From an uncultured Eubacteriales bacterium (GTDB lineage Bacteria > Bacillota > Clostridia > Oscillospirales > CAG-272), in contig CAKSEI010000002.1 of NCBI GenBank assembly GCA_934446285.1, forward strand, positions 1 to 47,075: DNA of 47,075 nt. Reading direction: 5' to 3'. Shown here piece by piece: positions 40,637-47,075 of the stretch. The first letter of the stretch is position 1, and every line of letters starts with the position of its first letter. Both the position numbers and the translations under genes were made by a program. A model generated the notes under the pieces. The model searched no databases. It saw nothing but the letters and a program-made list of their open reading frames with translations, and was not told the origin of the DNA.

Positions 40637-40732
40637 ATGCAATATGAAGAACGCGATTTGGGTGTCGGATGTGACTGCGGCTGTGTGACGGTGAATATTT
40701 CCTGCCCGACAGTGCAGGAGTCATGTTCGTAA
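40637..40732 (+). CDS. Hypothetical 31-aa Cys-rich peptide (MQYEERDLGVGCDCGCVTVNISCPTVQESCS); a speculative ORF
   Basis: My own translation. The ORF runs from ATG to TAA, encodes 5 Cys in the last 20 residues, and lies 62 nt upstream of the ABC exporter, followed by a hairpin. No Shine-Dalgarno sequence is present, so coding status is uncertain. Confidence 0.3.
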   Translation: MQYEERDLGVGCDCGCVTVNISCPTVQESCS

Positions 40733-40748
40733 CAAAAAACCGATATAA

Positions 40749-40775
40749 GGGCGGTATATGATACCGCTCTTATTC
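40749..40775 (+). terminator. Hairpin (attenuator or leaky-terminator candidate) between the small ORF and the ABC exporter
   Basis: gggcggtat/atg/ataccgctc (9 bp including one G-U) followed by ttattc. The AGGAGGA RBS of the exporter follows at 40781. Confidence 0.45.
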
Positions 40776-40794
40776 ACCTCAGGAGGATGCTCGG

Positions 40795-42582
40795 ATGAAG
40801 CTCAAAACAGTTTTTCATTGCGTAGGTTACATGTTCAAGTCTATGTGGGCCTTTAATAAGGGGCTCTTTGTCGGGGAGGTGCTGACTGCGGTTCTGAACG
40901 GTGTGATTGCCCCTGTAAATGCATATCTTATTAAAATTCTCGTAGATAATATATCGGCAAAAGCCTTTGACACTTCTTTAAAGATAATTGCAGCGGTGAT
41001 GCTTGTCAATTTGCTTTACGGCCTCGTTATATCAAAGACAAAAAAGGAAACGGGAATTCTCGACGATCTGTTCAGAAACCAATTGATTTTGGACTTCTAC
41101 TCGAAAATTGCGGATATGGACTACGAGATTTTGTATACTCCCGATATGATTCAGCAAAAAAACATGGCGCTTAAGGCAATTCAGAGCGGGTACGCCATGA
41201 ATTATCTGAGAATAATGTTTTCCTGGGTTTCTGCAATTATAACCTTTATTTCAATTCTGTACCTGCTTACGTCAATCTCGGTGTGGGTGTATGTATTGAT
41301 TCTGATCCTGATAGCGGTCAGGATATTTACCGTTATGCTCGATAAAAAGCGGAAATACAGGACGACCGAGGAGTTGTCCCGCGTTAACACGGAAATCAAC
41401 TACTATATGAACGTGTTGTCGGATGAGGCATACGTTAACGATATCAAAATGTTCTCGGTCTCCGATTGGATATTAAATAAATACAAAAAGTGTATGTACA
41501 GCGTGCAGAGCCTGATTCGGAAATTGTCCGCATACGTATACAGGAACGATATAATACGCGATTTTCTCTCCTGCATAGAAACGGTGCTTCCGTATATATA
41601 CGTGACCGTTCAGGTTATATTCTACGGAATGTCTTTTGCGAATTTCACGCTGGTTACCGCTACTCTGAAAAGCCTTACCGACTCGGTCTCCGGCATCACA
41701 AACAACATGGTCAACATGCGAGAAAACAGTGCATACGTCAAAAATTATATTGACTTTATGCAGGTTGGAAATAAAATAGCAGTCCCGGACAAGGGGATTG
41801 CCGTATCGGAAATTCGCAGTGTGACTCCGGTTTTTGAATTTAAAAACGTCGGGTTCGTATATCCGGAATGTGAACGATTTACGCTGCGCAATATAAATAT
41901 GAAAATCGAGCCGGGTAAGTTTTACGTAATGGTCGGAGAGAACGGCGCGGGTAAAACGACGCTCGTGAGGCTGATGTGCAGACTTTATGACGTGAGCGAG
42001 GGCGCTCTTCTGTACATGGGCACGGACGTAAAGGACGTTGAGTATAAATCCTACAGGAACAATATCGGCGTTGTATTTCAGGACTATAAATACTATTGCT
42101 TCTCGATAGCGGAAAACGTGGCGATGAACGATTACCGCGACACGCCGGAGACGGAAGAAAGAATTTTAAAAGCGCTTGATGAGGCGGGACTGGGAGAGAA
42201 AATCGCTTCCCTGCCGAAAGGGATACATACGCAGCTCGGCAAGATATTCGATAAAGACGGAATTCAGCTTTCCGGCGGCGAATTGCAGAAGCTTGCTCTC
42301 GCGAGAGTTCTCTTTAAAGATCCGTCCATAGTAATTCTCGATGAGCCGTCAAGCGCGCTCGACGCCTTTGCCGAGGATGAACTTATAACGACATTCAACT
42401 CGGCTCTGAGGGGGAAAACCGTTATATATATATCCCACAGACTGTCGGTAGCGTGCCATGCGGATAAAGTAATCTTCGTAAAGGACGGAGAGATTGCCGG
42501 GATGGATTTGCATAAAGCGCTCATGGAGAAATTGCCCGACTACAAGGAAATGTACGAGACGCAGGCAAAGCATTATGAATAG
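40795..42582 (+). CDS. ABC exporter, fused transmembrane + ATP-binding protein (type I exporter half-transporter)
   Basis: A 6-TM N-terminal domain. The NBD has Walker A GENGAGKTTL, signature LSGGELQK, Walker B IVILDEPSSALD and an H-loop ISHRL. Composition is visibly AT-richer than the surrounding genes. Confidence 0.9.
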   Translation: MKLKTVFHCVGYMFKSMWAFNKGLFVGEVLTAVLNGVIAPVNAYLIKILVDNISAKAFDTSLKIIAAVMLVNLLYGLVISKTKKETGILDDLFRNQLILDFYSKIADMDYEILYTPDMIQQKNMALKAIQSGYAMNYLRIMFSWVSAIITFISILYLLTSISVWVYVLILILIAVRIFTVMLDKKRKYRTTEELSRVNTEINYYMNVLSDEAYVNDIKMFSVSDWILNKYKKCMYSVQSLIRKLSAYVYRNDIIRDFLSCIETVLPYIYVTVQVIFYGMSFANFTLVTATLKSLTDSVSGITNNMVNMRENSAYVKNYIDFMQVGNKIAVPDKGIAVSEIRSVTPVFEFKNVGFVYPECERFTLRNINMKIEPGKFYVMVGENGAGKTTLVRLMCRLYDVSEGALLYMGTDVKDVEYKSYRNNIGVVFQDYKYYCFSIAENVAMNDYRDTPETEERILKALDEAGLGEKIASLPKGIHTQLGKIFDKDGIQLSGGELQKLALARVLFKDPSIVILDEPSSALDAFAEDELITTFNSALRGKTVIYISHRLSVACHADKVIFVKDGEIAGMDLHKALMEKLPDYKEMYETQAKHYE

Positions 42583-42595
42583 GCGACGGATAAAA

Positions 42596-42629
42596 ACAAA
42601 AATCCTCATTCTTGCGAATGAGGATTTTC
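42596..42629. terminator. Bidirectional terminator between the ABC exporter and the tRNA genes
   Basis: aaaatcctcattc/ttgc/gaatgaggatttt with flanking A- and T-runs. Confidence 0.8.
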
Positions 42630-42714
42630 TGGTGGGAGCGGGTGGATTCGGACCACCGAAGTCGAAGACAACAGATTTACAGTCTGCCCCCTTTGGCCGC
42701 TCGGGAACGCTCCC
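42630..42714 (-). tRNA. tRNA-Tyr (anticodon GTA), type II with a long variable arm, CCA encoded
   Basis: The minus strand reads gggagcg-tt-cccgagcggccaaaggg-g-gcaga-ctGTAaa-tctgt-tgtcttcgacttc-ggtgg-tccgaat-ccacc-cgctccc-a-cca. The acceptor, anticodon and T stems all pair. Confidence 0.9.
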
Positions 42715-42789
42715 TGGAGCTGGTGAACGGAGTCGAACCATCAACCTGCTGATTACAAATCAGCTGCTCTGCCATTGAGCCACACCAGC
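42715..42789 (-). tRNA. tRNA-Thr (anticodon TGT), CCA encoded
   Basis: The minus strand reads gctggtg-tg-gctc-aatggca-gagc-a-gctga-ttTGTaa-tcagc-aggtt-gatgg-ttcgact-ccgtt-caccagc-t-cca. Confidence 0.9.
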
Positions 42790-42839
42790 ATATAACGGTC
42801 TGTCTTCCGTGCATTTTCAATGCTTACTGATTATATCAC

Positions 42840-42868
42840 AAACACGGCGCTATGTCAAGAACTTTTTT
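42840..42868 (-). promoter_or_regulatory. Consensus sigma-A promoter for the tRNA-Thr/Tyr unit
   Basis: On the minus strand: TTGACA (42868-42863), a 17-nt spacer and TATAAT (42845-42840). Confidence 0.75.
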
Positions 42869-42929
42869 TATTTTTTACAAAAGTGCGCAGCTGCGGCGAG
42901 GGAAAAAACAAAGGTTTTTCCCTCAATTC

Positions 42930-42958
42930 TTGATTTCTTCACTATTATTTGTTATAAT
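42930..42958 (+). promoter_or_regulatory. Promoter candidate for the ABC-2 operon
   Basis: TTGATT (42930-42935), a 17-nt spacer and TATAAT (42953-42958). Confidence 0.6.
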
Positions 42959-42991
42959 TTAATGTAATTAAATTCTGAAAGGAATGCGAAA

Positions 42992-43960
42992 GTGATAAAA
43001 ATAGAGAACCTGACCAAAAAATTCGGCGCAAAGACCGTTCTCGACAACATCTCCTTTGAGGTTGCGGACGGCGAGATAGTGGGATTTCTCGGCCCGAACG
43101 GTGCAGGTAAAACAACGACGATGAACATTCTCACCGGCTACCTCTCCGGCACGTCCGGCAGCGCGACGGTCGACGGGATAGATATTCTGGAAGACCCTCA
43201 TACTGTCAAAAAGCTCATAGGCTTTCTGCCGGAGCAGCCGCCGCTATATCTCGATATGACGGTGAACGAATATCTCAACTTTATATACGACCTCAAGGGC
43301 TGCACGCTCAACAGGGAAAAGCATCTGAAGGAGATATGCGACGTCATAAAGATAACCGACGTGAGAGGGCGGATAATACGCAACCTGTCAAAGGGCTATA
43401 AGCAGCGCGTGGGCATAGCGCAGGCTCTCGTCGGAAACCCGAAGGTGATAATATTCGATGAGCCGACGGTCGGACTCGACCCGAAGCAGATAATCGAGAT
43501 ACGCAACCTGATAAAGACCCTCGGCAAAAACCATACGGTTATCCTCTCGACGCACATTCTGCCGGAGGTTCAGGCGGTGTGCGACCGTATCGTTATAATA
43601 AATAAGGGGAAAATAGTCGCGAACGAGCGCACGGAGAATATCGCGAATATCGTCGACGGCAACCGCCGCCTTTCGCTCAAGATATGCGGACCGGAAAAGG
43701 AAGTGCTCGGACTCCTAAAGTCCCTTGACGGAGTTGCATACGCCGAGTGCGTCGGAAACGTCGACAAGGACAGCATGACTTATCTCGCGGAGAGCAAGCC
43801 CGGGCTTGATATGCGCAAGCCGATATTCAACGCCATGGCATCGCGCGGATTTCCCATCATAGGTATGGAGAGCCTCGGAGCGAACCTTGAGGACATCTTC
43901 ATCGCCATAGTGGATAAAAAAGAGGCTCCTGACAACAGGCGCAGGGGCAAGGGGGCGTAA
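42992..43960 (+). CDS. ABC transporter ATP-binding protein (ABC-2/GldA-like)
   Basis: GTG start. The product has MIKIENLTKKFG, Walker A GPNGAGKTTT, signature LSKGYKQRV and Walker B IIFDEPTVGLD. Confidence 0.92.
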   Translation: MIKIENLTKKFGAKTVLDNISFEVADGEIVGFLGPNGAGKTTTMNILTGYLSGTSGSATVDGIDILEDPHTVKKLIGFLPEQPPLYLDMTVNEYLNFIYDLKGCTLNREKHLKEICDVIKITDVRGRIIRNLSKGYKQRVGIAQALVGNPKVIIFDEPTVGLDPKQIIEIRNLIKTLGKNHTVILSTHILPEVQAVCDRIVIINKGKIVANERTENIANIVDGNRRLSLKICGPEKEVLGLLKSLDGVAYAECVGNVDKDSMTYLAESKPGLDMRKPIFNAMASRGFPIIGMESLGANLEDIFIAIVDKKEAPDNRRRGKGA

Positions 43961-43962
43961 AA

Positions 43963-44670
43963 ATGTTTGCAATATATAAAAGAGAGCTGCGGTCGTACTT
44001 CACCTCCGCGCTCGGGTACATCTTCATGGCGCTCTATCTCTGCCTTGCGGGCGTGCTTTTCGCAACGCAGACCCTGCAGAAGGGCGAGGACAGCAACGTA
44101 AACTACTATTTCGTTTACCTGCTCATCAGCTTTGTAATAGTCCTGCCGCTGCTCACGATGAAGCTTTTCAGCGAGGAGCGCAAGATGCGCACGGAGCAGC
44201 TGCTGCTCACCTCTCCCGTGACCCTCTCGGGCATGGTGATAGGTAAGTTTCTCGCGGCGTATACGGTTTTTGCCGCGACATATCTTTTCTCGTGCATTCC
44301 GTTTACCGCGCTGTACACCTTCGGAAATCCGAATACCGCGCAGCTCGTCGGATGCTCGGTCGGCATACTGCTCTTCGGCGGGGCGTGTATAGCCATAGGC
44401 TGCTTTGTTTCGTCCCTTACGGAGAATCAGCTTATCGCCGCCATCGGCGCTATGGCGATACTTTTCGCCTTCGTCATGTCGGGGTATCTTTCCTCTTATA
44501 TAAACAGCGCCGCCGTGCGCACGGTCATAAGCTGGGTCAGCCTGCTCGACAGGTTTAATTCTTTCGGCAACGGCATATTCGACTTTTCCGCAATCCTTTA
44601 CTATATATCCGTAGCCGCGGTGTTCCTCTTCCTTACGGTCCGCGTATACGAGAGACGCCGCTGGGCGTGA
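43963..44670 (+). CDS. ABC-2 family permease (GldF-like)
   Basis: MFAIYKRELRSYFTSALGYIFMALYL... is the typical start of ABC-2 type permeases, with six hydrophobic segments. The gap to the ATPase gene is 2 nt. Confidence 0.88.
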   Translation: MFAIYKRELRSYFTSALGYIFMALYLCLAGVLFATQTLQKGEDSNVNYYFVYLLISFVIVLPLLTMKLFSEERKMRTEQLLLTSPVTLSGMVIGKFLAAYTVFAATYLFSCIPFTALYTFGNPNTAQLVGCSVGILLFGGACIAIGCFVSSLTENQLIAAIGAMAILFAFVMSGYLSSYINSAAVRTVISWVSLLDRFNSFGNGIFDFSAILYYISVAAVFLFLTVRVYERRRWA

Positions 44671-44680
44671 GGTGCAAAAA

Positions 44681-46141
44681 ATGACATCGGCAGAAAAAAG
44701 AAAATTCAGATACGGCGGCACGGGCGCGGCTCTTACGGTCGTCTTTATCGCCGCGGTGATACTTGTAAACGCCGTCTTTTCGGTGCTGTGCACGCGCTAT
44801 GCGCTGTACGCCGATATGACGACGACCGGCTACTACGGCATTTCGGACAGGACGCGCGAGCTGCTCGCGGACGTTGACGATGAGATAAAATTCATCTTCT
44901 GCACGCCGCTTGATAAGCTTTCGGACAATACAACGTCGTCCATGATTTACACTCTCGCGCAGGCTTATGCTGCGGAGTACGACAATATTTCGTGCGATTA
45001 TCTCAACTACGAGACGGAGACAGCCCGCACCCAGAGCTATATGATAACCTCCGGCTCGACCATTAACGCAAAGACGGTAATAGTCGACTGCCCCGCGCGC
45101 AACAGCTACCGCGTCTACTCGTGGGATTCGTTCATCGCCTACGACACGGACGGGTATCAATACGGCTTTAACGGCGAGCTTAAGTTCACCTCGGCTATTC
45201 TTCAGCTGACGGGCGAGCATCCCGTTGTAGCTTTTACAAAGAACCATTCAGAGGATATCACGGGTGCTGCGGCGCTGATGAGCCTCTTTGAGAATGCGGG
45301 CTATGATACGGTCACCTTTGACCTGACATCAGAGCCTATCCCCGACGGGACGCGCATCATAGTTACATTCGACCCGCGCACCGACTTTATCGGCATGGGC
45401 GCGGAGCAGAATGAATTTGAAAAGCTCAATGCATTCACCGCCGACTACGGACACCTCATGGTATTCCTCTCCGCGGGGAGAGGTACTCTGCCCGAGCTTT
45501 ACTCATATCTCTATGAGCATTGGTATATAGAGCCGAGCAACTATACGGTGAGCGACACGGCGCAGAATTCTCTCTCAGCCGACGGCAGAGCCATTTCTGC
45601 CACGTATGTGACGGACGGAGTGGGAGCCGGCCTTACAAAGACGCTGCGCTCCATGCAGTCGACACCGAGGGCGCTCGTCGAGAATTCCCTTGCGCTCTCG
45701 CTTGCTCCGGGCGCTCAGACGGAGAACTCAAGCATAAATTCGTCGCTTATTCTGACCTCCTCGCCCGAGGCTGTTGCGTATGACAACGGACAGAGCGTGG
45801 GCAGCGGGACTTACGGACTTTTGGCGCTCTCCTGCTACAGCACTTATGTTGATAACGAGCAGAAGAATAACTATGTACTTGTCTCGGGAAGCTCGCAGTT
45901 TGCAAGCAATGACAATCTCAACTCCGCGTCCTATGCCAACTCCGATATACTCTACTCCGCCATGACGGCAATGGGCAAGGACAAGGTGCCATCGGGAATA
46001 GAGTGCAAGAAATTTGAGGACGCGAAGCTCGATATAACCTCGGCTCAGGCGAATACACGCACGGTGATTTTCGCCGTGATAATCCCCGCTATTCTCATGC
46101 TCTCGGGACTCTTCGTTTACGTCAGGAGAAAGCATCTATGA
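44681..46141 (+). CDS. GldG-like ABC-transporter auxiliary protein (N- and C-terminal TM anchors)
   Basis: I preferred the ATG at 44681 (GAGGTG RBS 7 nt upstream) over the listed GTG at 44672. The N-terminal TM is AALTVVFIAAVILVNAVFSVL, followed by a large extracytoplasmic domain and the C-terminal TM VIFAVIIPAILMLSGLFVYV. Its position after the GldA/F-like genes fits GldG. Confidence 0.75.
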   Translation: MTSAEKRKFRYGGTGAALTVVFIAAVILVNAVFSVLCTRYALYADMTTTGYYGISDRTRELLADVDDEIKFIFCTPLDKLSDNTTSSMIYTLAQAYAAEYDNISCDYLNYETETARTQSYMITSGSTINAKTVIVDCPARNSYRVYSWDSFIAYDTDGYQYGFNGELKFTSAILQLTGEHPVVAFTKNHSEDITGAAALMSLFENAGYDTVTFDLTSEPIPDGTRIIVTFDPRTDFIGMGAEQNEFEKLNAFTADYGHLMVFLSAGRGTLPELYSYLYEHWYIEPSNYTVSDTAQNSLSADGRAISATYVTDGVGAGLTKTLRSMQSTPRALVENSLALSLAPGAQTENSSINSSLILTSSPEAVAYDNGQSVGSGTYGLLALSCYSTYVDNEQKNNYVLVSGSSQFASNDNLNSASYANSDILYSAMTAMGKDKVPSGIECKKFEDAKLDITSAQANTRTVIFAVIIPAILMLSGLFVYVRRKHL

Positions 46142-47075
46142 GCGAGAAGAGAAAGAAATCCACACTGCGCACGCAGCTGATAACGACAGCCGTCGCACTC
46201 GGAGTGACCGTCGCGCTCGCGATTGTGTATTTTATCGCGGTGCGCGGGCTCGGCTCGGGTGAGGAGTCGAAAAAAGAGCCGACGATACTCTCGGGAGAGT
46301 ATTACGCTTATAACAGCCTCTACCTTTTCGAGCCTTTTTCGAGTGACGATATGCAGAGGATAAGCGTCGTAAACGAAAACGGCGGATATACAGTAGAGCG
46401 AGGCGACGACGGAGAATTTTACGTAAACGAAAATAAAAATGCCGCGTACAGCCCGACGCTTTTTGCATCCCTTGCCGTTGCCGTCGGCAGACCGATGGCA
46501 AGCACACGCATAGAGCCGGCGGAGGACGTCGGCTCTGAGCCGGATTATATAAATTACGCAAATTACGGCCTTGACGAGGATTCCGAGAGCGGCAGCTTTA
46601 CGGTAGTGCGGACGGACGGAACTGAGCATACCGTGCATATAGGCTATGCCGTATCGTCAGGCGACGGTTATTACGCTCGCCTTGACGGCAGAAATGCGGT
46701 ATATATAATATCAAACGACGTAAAGAGCACGGTGCTCGCTCCCGTCGAGAATATCATCACGCCCATGCTCGGCTTCCCCGTGTCGACAAACGAGTATCGG
46801 AATTTCGATAACTTCACCGTATGGCACGGCGGCGAGCACTTTGTCACGGTGCATAAGCTCGCCGACAATGAGGAGGTATCCGACCTTGCCGCTTCGTCAA
46901 ATTACGTGCTTGCCTTTTCATGCGGTATAACCCCCGAGCAGGCAGTGGCATGTGACAGCGAAAAGAAACAGAGTGCTCTTTTCGGCACGGATGCGCTGAA
47001 TTATTCATACGTGCCCGATATCGACGGGTACGGGAGTATGCTCTCGGGCTTTGCATCCTTCCAAGGGGATGCGAC
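46138..47075 (+). CDS. DUF4340-like protein, 3'-truncated by the window edge (not in the ORF track because no stop is reached)
   Basis: The ATG at 46138 overlaps the GldG-like stop (ATGA). My translation is MSEKRKKSTLRTQLITTAVALGVTVALAIVYFIA...RISVVNENGGYTVERGDDGEFYVNEN...VHIGYAVSSGDGYYARLDGRNAVYIISND.... This single N-terminal TM followed by repeated beta-rich modules is typical of DUF4340 proteins that follow GldG genes. The frame is open to nt 47075. Confidence 0.7.
   Translation, partial: MSEKRKKSTLRTQLITTAVALGVTVALAIVYFIAVRGLGSGEESKKEPTILSGEYYAYNSLYLFEPFSSDDMQRISVVNENGGYTVERGDDGEFYVNENKNAAYSPTLFASLAVAVGRPMASTRIEPAEDVGSEPDYINYANYGLDEDSESGSFTVVRTDGTEHTVHIGYAVSSGDGYYARLDGRNAVYIISNDVKSTVLAPVENIITPMLGFPVSTNEYRNFDNFTVWHGGEHFVTVHKLADNEEVSDLAASSNYVLAFSCGITPEQAVACDSEKKQSALFGTDALNYSYVPDIDGYGSMLSGFASFQGDA

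Noticed and set aside
40637-40732. Calling the Cys-rich peptide a lanthipeptide, sactipeptide or ranthipeptide precursor.
   Set aside because: The window contains no LanM/LanBC, radical-SAM maturase, C39 peptidase domain or immunity gene. There is no Shine-Dalgarno sequence. Only the generic precursor-or-attenuator hypothesis is kept.
40160-42789. Calling the AT-richer segment next to the tRNAs a mobile element or genomic island.
   Set aside because: No integrase, recombinase, transposase, att-like tRNA fragment or terminal repeats are visible in the window. It is reported only as a compositional anomaly.

Overview
This 47 kb window looks like chromosomal DNA from a high-GC, spore-forming Clostridia-type Firmicute. 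That assignment is inferred from gpr, SLH-domain wall proteins, T-box leaders, type II pantothenate kinase and sigma-A-like promoters. Genes are densely packed and mostly housekeeping: pflB/pflA behind a ZTP (pfl-motif) riboswitch, dxs, nrdR-feoAB, coaW, pgk-tpiA, gpr, tRNA-Thr and tRNA-Tyr, and a GldA/F/G-like ABC-2 cluster with a DUF4340 gene. No transposase, integrase, CRISPR array, reverse transcriptase or phage genes were seen.

The most interesting locus is the minus-strand block at 9.4-19.0 kb. It holds two tandem T-box leaders, each with its own near-consensus promoter. Each leader precedes a paralogous fusion protein (XRE HTH + cupin + medium-chain-type acyl-CoA synthetase). The proximal paralog is operonic with a P-loop NTPase, a four-subunit 2-oxoacid:ferredoxin oxidoreductase and ilvE. 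I read this as a candidate tRNA-sensed reductive-carboxylation route that turns short or branched acids into amino acids.

Secondary points of interest:
- An AT-richer segment next to the tRNAs carries a long leader, a 31-codon Cys-rich ORF, a hairpin and an ABC exporter. A decayed paralog of that exporter lies at 4.5-5.2 kb.
- A dispersed intergenic repeat of about 90-100 nt has at least 5 copies.
- A hairpin-rich, terminator-capped intergenic segment lies upstream of a 1075-aa SLH surface protein.
- Several small oddities: an unlisted FeoB-associated Cys-rich ORF, a PGK insertion, a near-leaderless sigma factor and abutting tRNAs.

All calls come from reading the sequence and from remembered family motifs. 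No searches or computations were run.
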